64,000 bases of DNA from an uncultured Bacteroides sp. (GTDB lineage Bacteria; Bacteroidota; Bacteroidia; Bacteroidales; Muribaculaceae), in NCBI GenBank assembly GCA_964546885.1, contig CAZJKZ010000004.1, forward strand, positions 25,938 to 89,937, written 5' to 3'. Each line of letters begins with the position of its first letter. Position 1 is the stretch's first letter. Below the pieces are notes generated by a model, which saw only the letters and a program-made list of their open reading frames with translations, ran no database searches and was not told where the DNA came from. The translations under genes and the position numbers were made by a program. Shown here one piece after another: positions 27,926 through 38,220 of this stretch.

Positions 27926-29816
27926 TAAATATCCACTATTGAGCAAGATCAACTCCCCTGCAGATTTAAGGAAACTTAAGGAAGAGCAGCTACCACAGGT
28001 GTGCAGCGAGATTCGCAGTTTTCTTATCGAGCAGCTGTCGACGCACCCCGGACATTTTGCGTCGAGCATGGGAGCCGTGGAGATAACGGTGGCTCTCCAC
28101 TATGTATTTGACACGCCATACGACCGCATTGTGTGGGACGTAGGCCATCAAGCCTACGGTCATAAGATACTTACCGGGCGCCGCGACCGCTTTGACACGA
28201 ACCGCACACTCGGCGGTATTAGCGGTTTCCCGAGTCCGGAAGAGAGCAAATACGATACATTCACTGCCGGACACGCCTCCAACTCCATCTCTGCCGCACT
28301 CGGCATGTCGGTTGCAAGCCAGCTGAAGAACGAATCGCCCCGACGCAACGTTGTGGCGGTAATCGGTGACGCGTCAATCAGCGGCGGACTGGCTTTTGAA
28401 GGACTTAACAACGCCGCCAACACGCCCAACAACCTACTTATAATACTCAACGACAACGATATGTCAATTGATGACAATGTGGGATCTTTGTCATCCTACC
28501 TGTCGCATCTCACCACAACCAAAGCATACAACGATTTCAGATTCAAAGGCTATAAAGCACTAAAGAAGATGAATCTGATAACTGACGAGAGCAAAGGACG
28601 GCTGCTGAAATTCAACAACAGCGTTAAATCTCTGTTGTCGCACACCGACAATATATTTGAAGGACTCAAAATAAGATATTTCGGAGCTTTTGACGGACAC
28701 GATGTGCTAAAACTTGTGAAGATACTGCGAGATATAGGCCCGATGACTGGTCCTCGCATTCTGCATCTGCGCACAACTAAGGGCAAAGGCTACGCTCCGG
28801 CTGAGAAAATGCCATCTATCTGGCATGCTCCGGGCAAATTTGATCCGGATACCGGAGAAATCCTTACTGGTAACGACCCTTCCAAGCCTAAAAAGTATCA
28901 GGAGATATTCGGCGAGACACTGAAAGAACTCGCGCTTGCAAATCCCGATATAGTTGCTATCACAGCCGCTATGGCATCTGGTACATCAATCAACATAATG
29001 CAGAGCGCCGTGCCTGGCAGAGTGTTTGATGTAGGCATTTCAGAAGGGCACGCTGTCACATTTGCGGGCGGTTTGGCAAAAGACGGACTGCGACCGGTAG
29101 TGGGCATCTATTCGAGCTTCTTGCAAAGAGCCTTCGACAATTTGATTCACGATGTGGCCATACAGAAGTTGCCGGTAGTGATATGCATCGACCGAGCCGG
29201 TCTGGTAGGCGAGGACGGCGTAACTCACCACGGTGCTTTTGACCTCAGCTATATGAGCACTATCCCCAACATGATAGTGTCAGCCCCGGCAGACGAACAC
29301 ACTTTGCGAAATCTCATGTTCACCGCTCTCAGTCAGAACGAGGCTCCATTCTCCATAAGATACCCCCGCGGCAGCGGTCATAATCTCGATTGGCATAACG
29401 ATATGAAGGTTCTGCCTATCGGCAAAGGTCGCCAATTGAGCGAAGGCAATCAAGTGGCTGTACTTACGATAGGTACTATAGCCGACGAGGCAAAGGCCGC
29501 AGTTGAACGCGCCAAAGCCAAAGGAATATCGGCAGCTCACTACGATATGATATTCCTAAAGCCCATTGACAACGAAATACTCGATACCGTAGGACGCAGC
29601 GGAATGCCCGTGATTACAGTGGAGGACGGCACCGTGAAAGGCGGTCTGGGTACCGCTGTTACAGACTATTTCGCCCGCAAAGGCTACACCAACAAAGTGA
29701 CAGTGCTTGGCATACCGGACAATTTTATCACTCAGGGCACAGTGGCTCAACTTAAGGCTATCTGCGGACTTGACAGCGATGCAATATACAACAAGATCGA
29801 GGAAGCAGTCAAATGA
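27909..29816 (+). CDS. dxs: 1-deoxy-D-xylulose-5-phosphate synthase
   Basis: WDVGHQAY, GDASISGG, NDN, KGKGY and DRAG motifs. Confidence 0.97.
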   Translation: METTDDKYPLLSKINSPADLRKLKEEQLPQVCSEIRSFLIEQLSTHPGHFASSMGAVEITVALHYVFDTPYDRIVWDVGHQAYGHKILTGRRDRFDTNRTLGGISGFPSPEESKYDTFTAGHASNSISAALGMSVASQLKNESPRRNVVAVIGDASISGGLAFEGLNNAANTPNNLLIILNDNDMSIDDNVGSLSSYLSHLTTTKAYNDFRFKGYKALKKMNLITDESKGRLLKFNNSVKSLLSHTDNIFEGLKIRYFGAFDGHDVLKLVKILRDIGPMTGPRILHLRTTKGKGYAPAEKMPSIWHAPGKFDPDTGEILTGNDPSKPKKYQEIFGETLKELALANPDIVAITAAMASGTSINIMQSAVPGRVFDVGISEGHAVTFAGGLAKDGLRPVVGIYSSFLQRAFDNLIHDVAIQKLPVVICIDRAGLVGEDGVTHHGAFDLSYMSTIPNMIVSAPADEHTLRNLMFTALSQNEAPFSIRYPRGSGHNLDWHNDMKVLPIGKGRQLSEGNQVAVLTIGTIADEAKAAVERAKAKGISAAHYDMIFLKPIDNEILDTVGRSGMPVITVEDGTVKGGLGTAVTDYFARKGYTNKVTVLGIPDNFITQGTVAQLKAICGLDSDAIYNKIEEAVK

Positions 29817-31147
29817 GAATAGTCATATCCGGCACAGGAGATGTGGGCTCGCACTTGGCTAAGTTGCTGTCCAATGAGGAACAGGAAATTCTTATAATAG
29901 ACGAGAATCTCGAAAAGCTCGACCTTCTCGACTCCAAATACAACCTCATGACAGTAGCCGGCAACCCTATATCGTTTAACACACAGCGCGAAGCCCACGT
30001 AGAATCTTGCGATCTGTTCATTTCGGTTCAGCCATCAGAGTCAACTAATATCGTGTCATGCTCCATGGCAAAGAGTCTCGGTGCGAAGCGTACAGTGGCG
30101 CGAATTGAGAACTACGGCTTCATGGAGCCGCACAATCTTGAGTTTGTCAAGCGCATGGGAGTTGACAATCTCATCTACCCAGAATACTTGGCAGCCCAGC
30201 AAATAATGACTGTGCTCAAAAGACCATGGGTAAGGCATTGGTATGAGATTTTGAACGGCGAAATCATTGTGGTGGGTGTTAAACTCCGCTCAAACGCTCC
30301 AATATGCGGTATGCGTCTTATGGAGTTTGCCACCTCCAACCATCACTTCCATGTGTCGGCAATACGCCGTAACCAAGAAACCATCATCCCGAGAGGCGAC
30401 GACATGCTTATGTCAGGCGACGTGCTATATTTCACAGCCAGGCGCGAACATGTAGACGAATTGCTACATCTTACTGGCAAAGCCAACTATGATATACGGC
30501 GCGTGCTCATAGTGGGCGCCGGCAAAATTGCCGTGCGTCTGATCAACATGGCCGAAAATCAATATAAATTCACGGTTATCGACCATGACATACACAAATG
30601 CCGCGAACTGCCTGAGAAATGCAGCGATGTAAAGGTGTACCACGGCGACGGACGCGACATAGAGACCCTTACCGACGTGGGTATTGAAGACTTCGACGCA
30701 TTCATAGCTCTGACGGGAAGCAGCGAAGCCAACATTCTGTCATGCCTTACCGCTAAGGAGACAGGTGTGAAAAAAACGATAGCCGAAGTGGAGGACATTC
30801 AATATGTGTCACAAGCCGAAGGCCTAAATATCGGTTCAGTTATCAATAAAAAACTGTTGGCTTCGGCAGCCATATTCCAATTGTTGCTTGACAATGACAC
30901 ATCTACTTCAAAATGTCTTGCGCTGACTGATGCCGAAGTGGCCGAACTTGAAGTGAAAGAAGGCTCAAAAATCACAAAGTCACCTGTAAAAGATTTAAAA
31001 CTATCACGCGACATGACTCTCGCCGGACTCGTTCGCGACGGCAAAGGAATGCTTGTAGGAGGTAATACATGGATTGCACCAGGCGACCATGTGGTGGTAT
31101 TTTATCTCGCCGGAGCCTTGCACAAAGTGGAGAAGCTGTTTAACTGA
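29813..31147 (+). CDS. trkA: Trk potassium uptake NAD-binding subunit
   Basis: Two RCK domains (GTGDVG, GAGKIA). Confidence 0.95.
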   Translation: MRIVISGTGDVGSHLAKLLSNEEQEILIIDENLEKLDLLDSKYNLMTVAGNPISFNTQREAHVESCDLFISVQPSESTNIVSCSMAKSLGAKRTVARIENYGFMEPHNLEFVKRMGVDNLIYPEYLAAQQIMTVLKRPWVRHWYEILNGEIIVVGVKLRSNAPICGMRLMEFATSNHHFHVSAIRRNQETIIPRGDDMLMSGDVLYFTARREHVDELLHLTGKANYDIRRVLIVGAGKIAVRLINMAENQYKFTVIDHDIHKCRELPEKCSDVKVYHGDGRDIETLTDVGIEDFDAFIALTGSSEANILSCLTAKETGVKKTIAEVEDIQYVSQAEGLNIGSVINKKLLASAAIFQLLLDNDTSTSKCLALTDAEVAELEVKEGSKITKSPVKDLKLSRDMTLAGLVRDGKGMLVGGNTWIAPGDHVVVFYLAGALHKVEKLFN

Positions 31148-31158
31148 TTTTTACGAAA

Positions 31159-32649
31159 ATGCTAAGTGGAAGAATAAAGAAGCAACACAGACAAATCAAT
31201 GTGCTGATGTTGGTGAAGGTTATGGGCTGGCTTGTGATGATCGAAAGCTTTTTCATGATCATACCGCTTGGCGTAGGTCTCCTCTATCAGGAAAGCGACT
31301 GGAGACCATTTCTGTTCACGATGATATTCACCGCTGCCTGCGGCTTTATTATGTCAAGGGCGGTGCGTCCACGCGACAAGTCTCTTTCCAAGCGTGAAGG
31401 ATTTCTCCTCACTGCATCAGTGTGGATAGTGTTCTCGCTTTTCGGCATGTTGCCCTTCATTTTGTGTGCCACCCCCTACCCTGCTGCCACGGCTTTCACA
31501 GAGGCGATGTCGGGGCTTACAACCACAGGAGCCACATTAATAGATAATGTAGAATGCCTAAGCCATAGTATAAAAATGTGGCGGTCGCTTCTGCAGTGGA
31601 TTGGAGGTATGGGAATAATCCTTTTCACATTGGCTGTGATACCGATGCTCAACCATTCGGGAGGCATGCAGATGTTCAACGCCGAGGTTACCGGCATTAC
31701 CCACGGCAAACTACGACCGCGTATATCTCAGACTGCCAAAAGCTTATGGACTATCTACATCATCCTCACAAGCGCTTGCATTTTTCTTCTATGGCTCGGC
31801 CCAATGGATATATTTGAGGCTATTACACACGCTCTCAGCACAATAGCCACCGGAGGATTCTCTATCTACAACGACGGCATCGAGCATTACCACTCCAACT
31901 ACATCAAAATCATTACAGCAATATTCATGTTCCTGGGCAGTGTGAATTTTGCTTTGATATTCTCTATCGCACTCGGACGCTTCTCAGGCATATCTCACGA
32001 CAAACCTCTGCGTTACCTTTTTATTTTCATTGGTGTTTTTATGTCACTGCTTCTGATCTCCCGCCTGATAACAGGTGCTACCGGCAACGCCATAGACATG
32101 CTTGTTGACACACTGTTTATGACCATTTCATCACTTTCGTCGACAAGTTTTACGGTGGCAGGTTTTGAAGATTGGGGTTCGTTGGCAATTGGCACGATAA
32201 TGATAATGATGTTTATCGGCGGCTGTGCGGGATCCACATCCGGAGGTGTAAAAATCGACCGCATAGTGGTGATGCTCCAATACGTGCGCAATGAGATTTG
32301 GCGAGCTCTTCAGCCCAACACTATCTCTTCGGTGAAAATGGGTACACGCACACTAAAATTCGAACTTGTCGACAAAGTAATAGCATTCCTTATTCTCGAT
32401 GGTCTGATTATATTATTTACAGGCGTAGTGCTTACGTTTTTCGATATCCACTGGATCGACGGCATATTTTCCGGCCTTACATGTATCAGCAATTCAGGCA
32501 CAGGAATAGAGATGGGCGAATTGGGCGACTCTCTAGCCGACATGCCGGGGGTAGTAAAGATTTTTCTATCGTTGGTGATGCTTACAGGACGTCTTGAGAT
32601 TTACACCATTTTAGTGCTTTTCACCCGGATGTTCTGGTACAAAGCTTAA
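31159..32649 (+). CDS. trkH: Trk potassium uptake membrane subunit
   Basis: SGLTTTG, ATGGF, GGCAGSTSGG and GRLE motifs. Confidence 0.95.
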   Translation: MLSGRIKKQHRQINVLMLVKVMGWLVMIESFFMIIPLGVGLLYQESDWRPFLFTMIFTAACGFIMSRAVRPRDKSLSKREGFLLTASVWIVFSLFGMLPFILCATPYPAATAFTEAMSGLTTTGATLIDNVECLSHSIKMWRSLLQWIGGMGIILFTLAVIPMLNHSGGMQMFNAEVTGITHGKLRPRISQTAKSLWTIYIILTSACIFLLWLGPMDIFEAITHALSTIATGGFSIYNDGIEHYHSNYIKIITAIFMFLGSVNFALIFSIALGRFSGISHDKPLRYLFIFIGVFMSLLLISRLITGATGNAIDMLVDTLFMTISSLSSTSFTVAGFEDWGSLAIGTIMIMMFIGGCAGSTSGGVKIDRIVVMLQYVRNEIWRALQPNTISSVKMGTRTLKFELVDKVIAFLILDGLIILFTGVVLTFFDIHWIDGIFSGLTCISNSGTGIEMGELGDSLADMPGVVKIFLSLVMLTGRLEIYTILVLFTRMFWYKA

Positions 32650-32744
32650 AAGTGAATATATTATATGATGAACTAAACCAAAACAGAGAGGATTGTGTTT
32701 TTTCTTTAAATTGTAATTTGTCAAAAATTCAAAATTTAAAGAAT

Positions 32745-33521
32745 ATGGAAAGATTTACGGACAAGATAGTATTTGTGTCGGGATCGACAAGCGGTATAGG
32801 CTATGCTGCGGCCCGACGTATGGCTCAGGAAGGAGCAACTGTGATGATAGCAGGCCATAACATGAACCATGTGGATTTGACTGTTAAGCATTTAACTGAT
32901 GAAGGCTTAAAAGCTGAGGGAGTGTTTTATGACGCCAATGACATGGCATCGGTGCAAAGCGCAATTGAACACACCTCCGGCAAATATGGCAAAATAGATG
33001 TGCTTGTAAACAATGTGGGAGGAACTGACCTGAAGCTTGACGGCGCAGTAGAGAATCTCGATATGAATTATTTCGAAAAAGCGATGGATATAAATCTGAA
33101 AAGTACTCTTCAGGCTATCCAGAGTGCCCTGCCAAAGATGCAGAGTGGGAGCTCTATAGTAAATGTGGCTTCAATAGGCGGAATATTCGGTGATTTCAGG
33201 GGCACACTATATGGTATTTCCAAAGCCGGAGTGATAAATCTTACAAGATATGTTGCGACACAATATGGCAGAAAAGGGATACGCTGCTGTGGAGTAGCTC
33301 CGGGACTCATTCTCACCAAAGCTGCCACAGATAATCTGCCGGAAGATGTAAGGCAGGTATTCGCATCACAGACACCCCTACCCTATTTCGGAGAACCGGA
33401 TGATGTGGGTGCTACAATAGCCTTTCTCGCATCCGACGATGCACGCTTCATCACAGGACAAACAATAATTGTGGACGGAGGTATGACATGCCATAATCCT
33501 ACAGCTCTAACTCTATTCTAA
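32745..33521 (+). CDS. SDR oxidoreductase, 7-alpha-hydroxysteroid dehydrogenase-like
   Basis: SGSTSGIG, VNNVGGT, YGISK, APGLILT and DGGMTCHNP closely recall Bacteroides fragilis 7-alpha-HSDH (from memory). ATG at 32745 preferred. Confidence 0.75.
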   Translation: MERFTDKIVFVSGSTSGIGYAAARRMAQEGATVMIAGHNMNHVDLTVKHLTDEGLKAEGVFYDANDMASVQSAIEHTSGKYGKIDVLVNNVGGTDLKLDGAVENLDMNYFEKAMDINLKSTLQAIQSALPKMQSGSSIVNVASIGGIFGDFRGTLYGISKAGVINLTRYVATQYGRKGIRCCGVAPGLILTKAATDNLPEDVRQVFASQTPLPYFGEPDDVGATIAFLASDDARFITGQTIIVDGGMTCHNPTALTLF

Positions 33522-33549
33522 TCTCCACATTCAGAATACCATTTTATAT

Positions 33550-33593
33550 TGTACACTGTAACACAACAGGTGTCCGAAATCGGACACCTGTTG
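33550..33593. promoter_or_regulatory. Tandem TGT-N10-ACA enhancer (UAS) sites; the second lies inside a 30-bp palindrome
   Basis: TGTACACTGTAACACA (33550-33565) and TGTCCGAAATCGGACA (33571-33586), 21 bp apart; full palindrome CAACAGG...CCTGTTG. Confidence 0.65.
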
Positions 33594-33650
33594 CATTTTG
33601 CAACAGTAATGATATTACATTAATAGTTAGTTAGCAACAAATTAATTATT

Positions 33651-33666
33651 TGGCATGATTATTGTA
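33651..33666 (+). promoter_or_regulatory. sigma54 -24/-12 promoter (TGGCATGATTATTGTA)
   Basis: GG-N10-GT spacing (GC->GT variant) upstream of an operon that encodes a GAFTGA activator. Confidence 0.7.
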
Positions 33667-33700
33667 AGTAATATTATATGACACACTTTTACATATAATA

Positions 33701-34915
33701 ATGGATATACCTATACCAAAAGAAGAAATACGCAGGGCTATAATGAAAAAATGCTTGAAATCAGCGGGAGTAATTATAGTTCTTGTCATGATTTTTATGT
33801 CTATTAAATTGTATCTATCCCCTTCTATAAACATAAGCGAACTTGAACTGTCCACTGCCACACTTGCCAATATGGAGATTACTGTTTCAGCTACCGGGAA
33901 GATAAACCCTCTAAATGTACAAAACATATTATGCCCTCTATCTACAAATATTATGGAAGTGTACTTCGAAGAAGGCGACACAGTGGCAGCCGGTCAATTA
34001 TTGATGACACTAAACTCACAATCAATTGAGGCATCCCTTAGACGTGCAAACGATGAGTTAAACTTGATAAATTGTGAATTAGAACGACTCCAGCTCACCT
34101 CCACAGCTTATCTGACTGATCTTGAAATGCAGATCAAAGCTAAGGAAAAGTATCTGCTCCTTTTAAAGGAAAAGATGGAAGATGAGCAAGATAGCACGGC
34201 AGAATTAGAATACGCAACGACACAAATTGAATTGGAACGATTAAGAGTAAAACTTGCCAATGAAACAAAAATCCGGGCTATGGCTTATCGCAGTAAGCAA
34301 CTTGAAAGTACAATTGCCGCCCATAACCTTGAGGATGTGGAGCGCACTCTAAACGACAATATAGTAGAAGCTCCGAAGAGCGGAACCATTACGTATATCA
34401 ATAATAATCTGGACTCACGAATCAACACAGGCGATTTATTGGCGGTGATTTCAGATTTATCTCATTTCAAAATCGATGCTGAAATATCGGTTGCAAACTC
34501 TTCAAAATTGTCAATAGGAGCTAAAGTATACGCTATAGTCAATGGCAGAAAAATTAATGGTCAAATAGTCAGCATTTCTCCCCAAAGTAATGGAGGAATG
34601 GTGAAATTCTCAGTAAACCTTGACCGAGATTCAGAAAAGCTCCTATGTTCGGGTATGTTGACCGAACTATATGTAGTATATGGCATTAACGAAAAGGCAA
34701 CAGTAATTAATAACGGGTATTATTATCAAGGTCCGGGAGAATACTCAATGTTTGTAAAGACAGGCGGAAACACACTTGAAAGAAGGAATCTGATATTAGG
34801 CAAAAGCAATTCCGGCTTAGTGGAAGTGGTCAACGGCATAAGTCCCGGAGAAGAAGTCGTGATTAACGACATGCAAAAATACTTAAATAGTAAAAAAATA
34901 AAAATTTCAGATTAG
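33701..34915 (+). CDS. Efflux periplasmic adaptor (HlyD/MacA-like)
   Basis: N-terminal TM segment, lipoyl-like halves, coiled coil, VEVVNGISPGEEVVI. Confidence 0.85.
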   Translation: MDIPIPKEEIRRAIMKKCLKSAGVIIVLVMIFMSIKLYLSPSINISELELSTATLANMEITVSATGKINPLNVQNILCPLSTNIMEVYFEEGDTVAAGQLLMTLNSQSIEASLRRANDELNLINCELERLQLTSTAYLTDLEMQIKAKEKYLLLLKEKMEDEQDSTAELEYATTQIELERLRVKLANETKIRAMAYRSKQLESTIAAHNLEDVERTLNDNIVEAPKSGTITYINNNLDSRINTGDLLAVISDLSHFKIDAEISVANSSKLSIGAKVYAIVNGRKINGQIVSISPQSNGGMVKFSVNLDRDSEKLLCSGMLTELYVVYGINEKATVINNGYYYQGPGEYSMFVKTGGNTLERRNLILGKSNSGLVEVVNGISPGEEVVINDMQKYLNSKKIKISD

Positions 34916-34921
34916 ACTACA

Positions 34922-35596
34922 ATGGCTCTTATAACACTTAAGGATATTGATAAAGTGTATCGCACTAAAGAAATTGAAACTCTGGCACTCGAAAATGTAA
35001 ATCTTGATATCGACAAGGGAGAGTTTGTGAGTATTATGGGACCGTCAGGATGCGGCAAGTCAACCCTTCTAAATATTATCGGACTGCTTGACGTGCCGAC
35101 TAAAGGCACTGTCACTATTATGGACACTATCACAAATAATATGAACGACAGCCGACTTTCTACTTTTAGAAATATGAATATCGGATTTGTCTTTCAGAGC
35201 TTCCACTTGATACCCTCTCTCAATGTGCGTGATAATGTGGCGCTCCCACTCGCTTATCGTGAAAATGCGAGTGCCAAAGAGCGTAAAGAAAAAGTGGAAG
35301 AAGTGCTGTCCCGGCTCGGTCTGAGCCACAGAATGCGCCACTATCCCGGACAGCTTTCGGGAGGTCAATGCCAGAGAGTTGCCATAGCAAGAGCGATAGT
35401 GGGTAATCCTCAAATTATCCTTGCTGACGAGCCTACGGGAAATCTTGATTCCAAAATGGGCCAAGAAGTAATGGAGATCCTTCATGGGTTAAATAAGGAA
35501 GACAATAGGACAATCGTGATGGTGACGCACAACGAAAATCAGGCACTTATGACCGACCGAATAATCCGATTCTTCGATGGCAGACAAATAGAATAA
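34922..35596 (+). CDS. ABC transporter ATP-binding protein (MacB/LolD-like)
   Basis: GPSGCGKS, LSGGQ, ADEPTGNLD and VTH motifs. Confidence 0.95.
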   Translation: MALITLKDIDKVYRTKEIETLALENVNLDIDKGEFVSIMGPSGCGKSTLLNIIGLLDVPTKGTVTIMDTITNNMNDSRLSTFRNMNIGFVFQSFHLIPSLNVRDNVALPLAYRENASAKERKEKVEEVLSRLGLSHRMRHYPGQLSGGQCQRVAIARAIVGNPQIILADEPTGNLDSKMGQEVMEILHGLNKEDNRTIVMVTHNENQALMTDRIIRFFDGRQIE

Positions 35597-35602
35597 ATCG
35601 GT

Positions 35603-36883
35603 ATGGAAATGCTAAAACAAGTATTTTTTGAGATGAAACATCAGAAGATGATGACATGGGTGTCTGTCACCGGTATTGCCCTATCCATCTTTCTTGTGAT
35701 GGTATTCTTCATGGTCGACAAATTCCCTACTGTAGAGGTAGCACCAGAAATCAACCGTTCACGGATGCTCTATGGTGGCCAATATGAATTGCTATATAGT
35801 AATTTCTGGAGTACAGGAAGTATGTCACTAAAAAACGCAAAAAAAATATATTCAGATCTCAAAGGAGTGGAAAAGCTTGCCTATACATCTAATGATTTAG
35901 AATCTAAGTATGTGGGCCTACCCGGACTTATGTCTTATCCTTTGGACTCATATAGCACTGACGCTGACTTCTGGAAAATGTATGATTTCAACTTTATCCA
36001 CGGTAACGCTTACGATGAAGCTTCAGTGGAATCAGGAGCAAAAGTGGCGGTAATTACACGTTCGGTAGCGCAAAAGTTATTTGAAAGAGATGATGTAGTA
36101 GGCGAGCAAATAAGTATCAATAAAGTGCCCCACTTAGTAAAAGGAGTAATTAAAGACGTGATTCCGTCAATGAAGGCGACCTACAGCATGGTGTACACTC
36201 CGTTGACGGTAGATGAACAGACTTCAACTCAAGAATTTGGATCAATAAGGGTACATATATTGATGAAGGAAGGAGTAGATGAGGATGAAATTAAGGACCA
36301 GGTAAAGACACGCTTTGCACATATGGAGAAAGAATATGGCAAAGACAGCATAAAATTGAAGTACCGAGGCCAACCGTATAACACTGAAATATTTGGCAAG
36401 TATGAAATCAGAGGAAATGCAACACCTGATCTCTCATATTACCACAAAAAAAATTTTATGACTTACTCTGTTCTTCTTTTAGTGCCCGCAATTAATTTAT
36501 GCTGTATACTGAGAGGCAGATTACGCCACAGAATATCTGAGATTGGAGTCAGGAGAGCTTTTGGTGCAAAAAAAACAGATATAATAATGCAACTTTTATG
36601 TGAGAATTTAATCATCACTATATTAGGTGGATTGATTGGTTTTGCGCTTAGTCTTATCACTACATATTTTGCTTCTGATTATTTCTTCAATATCACCCCG
36701 GGGTATCCCGCAGCTCTTGATTTTGTGTCCAATCGACCTGAAATTTCCATGCTAATTACCTGGAAAAATTTTTTTATTTCCATAGCGGCCTGTTTCGTGC
36801 TCAATCTTATAAGTGCCATCCTCCCGGTTTGGAGGGCATCCTTAACGGAGCCGGCTGAAGCTATCTACAAATCCCGCATATGA
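35603..36883 (+). CDS. ABC permease (MacB-PCD/FtsX-like)
   Basis: EIGVRRAFGA; 1+3 TM topology. Confidence 0.9.
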   Translation: MEMLKQVFFEMKHQKMMTWVSVTGIALSIFLVMVFFMVDKFPTVEVAPEINRSRMLYGGQYELLYSNFWSTGSMSLKNAKKIYSDLKGVEKLAYTSNDLESKYVGLPGLMSYPLDSYSTDADFWKMYDFNFIHGNAYDEASVESGAKVAVITRSVAQKLFERDDVVGEQISINKVPHLVKGVIKDVIPSMKATYSMVYTPLTVDEQTSTQEFGSIRVHILMKEGVDEDEIKDQVKTRFAHMEKEYGKDSIKLKYRGQPYNTEIFGKYEIRGNATPDLSYYHKKNFMTYSVLLLVPAINLCCILRGRLRHRISEIGVRRAFGAKKTDIIMQLLCENLIITILGGLIGFALSLITTYFASDYFFNITPGYPAALDFVSNRPEISMLITWKNFFISIAACFVLNLISAILPVWRASLTEPAEAIYKSRI

Positions 36884-36898
36884 CCAAATCAAAAGCAG

Positions 36899-38191
36899 AT
36901 GAAAAGAAATTTATTTACCCAGATGCTAAATGAATGGCGTGACAACGTGTGGCTCATTATAGGCCTTGTTGTTGTGACAATTGTGATATGGTGGTTAACC
37001 ACTAATTTATACAACGAAATTTATGGTCTTCAATTTAAAAAAGGATTCGACATAGAAAATGTGTACAAGATATCAATCGAAAGATATCCCACTGACAGTC
37101 CTTTATATACTGAAAGGAGTGAGGAGGAAGAAAATATCTTAGGTGCTCAGGATATAAGAATGCTCATCAGCGAGATTAGGAGAAGTCCGTATGTGGAGGC
37201 TGCCGCGCTATCTATTAACGGTCTCCCATACACATACAATCATATAGGCACTACGATATTCCTTGATTCAGATCCATCTGATACAATAGGATATGATGCC
37301 AACGTAAGATATCTAAGCCCCGATATGGTTAGGGTATTAAAATTAACAAGCCGAACCGGAAAAAGCGAGGCTGAATTAGAAAACATGCTTCGTAATGGTG
37401 AGATCTTAATTTCAAATATACTTGTGCCATCAAAGCAGGGCAAAAAGCCTGAGGAATTAGTTGGAAAAACAGTAGGAAATAATTGGCAAAAATTTAAGGT
37501 CGGTGATATAATAGACAAGATTCGCAGATCGGATTATGACGTTTTGCGGGACGGTATGCTGGTACTTCCGATAATTGAGAGCACTAACTTTTACATAGAA
37601 AGGTATGCCTATGACGTTCCAAAATACGACATCGGACTCCGTGTAAAACCCGGAATGGGCCTTAAGTTTCGTCAAGAATTTGAGAATAGCCCTGCAATGC
37701 AGAGTTATGGTAACCACTACTTAATCAATCTCGTAAAAATGAGCGATCAGGCTGACAGTTTACAGAAGCATCAGGACACAAATGCCAGAAGAGTATTTGC
37801 TTTGGCTATATTTTTGATAACGATAGTAAGCCTCGGGATATTAGGAATATATTGGTTTCGAATTCAGCAAAGAATAAGCGAGATAGCCATTAGGAAAGTA
37901 TGTGGAGCAAAATCAAAGGATATATTAAAAAGGATTATTTCAGAAGGGCTACTTTTACTGGTGATTGCCTCACTGATCGCAGCTCCGATAGGCTGGTCGC
38001 TTATTAATTCACGTTTTTCCCATTATGACACATATCGAATAGAGATCTTCTCCGAAAGCCTTCATATAGAATTATTTATTTTGGAGCTTGTTACTTTTGT
38101 TATTATAGCTATAGGACTTACATTAAGTCTTTGGTGGCCCGCTTACCGTGCTATGAAAATACAACCGGCAATTGCAATCAAAGACGAATGA
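36899..38191 (+). CDS. ABC permease (FtsX-like)
   Basis: RISEIAIRKVCGA, PAIAIKDE. Confidence 0.9.
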   Translation: MKRNLFTQMLNEWRDNVWLIIGLVVVTIVIWWLTTNLYNEIYGLQFKKGFDIENVYKISIERYPTDSPLYTERSEEEENILGAQDIRMLISEIRRSPYVEAAALSINGLPYTYNHIGTTIFLDSDPSDTIGYDANVRYLSPDMVRVLKLTSRTGKSEAELENMLRNGEILISNILVPSKQGKKPEELVGKTVGNNWQKFKVGDIIDKIRRSDYDVLRDGMLVLPIIESTNFYIERYAYDVPKYDIGLRVKPGMGLKFRQEFENSPAMQSYGNHYLINLVKMSDQADSLQKHQDTNARRVFALAIFLITIVSLGILGIYWFRIQQRISEIAIRKVCGAKSKDILKRIISEGLLLLVIASLIAAPIGWSLINSRFSHYDTYRIEIFSESLHIELFILELVTFVIIAIGLTLSLWWPAYRAMKIQPAIAIKDE

Positions 38192-38220
38192 CATATCAAA
38201 ATATTTATTAATTTTGCAAT

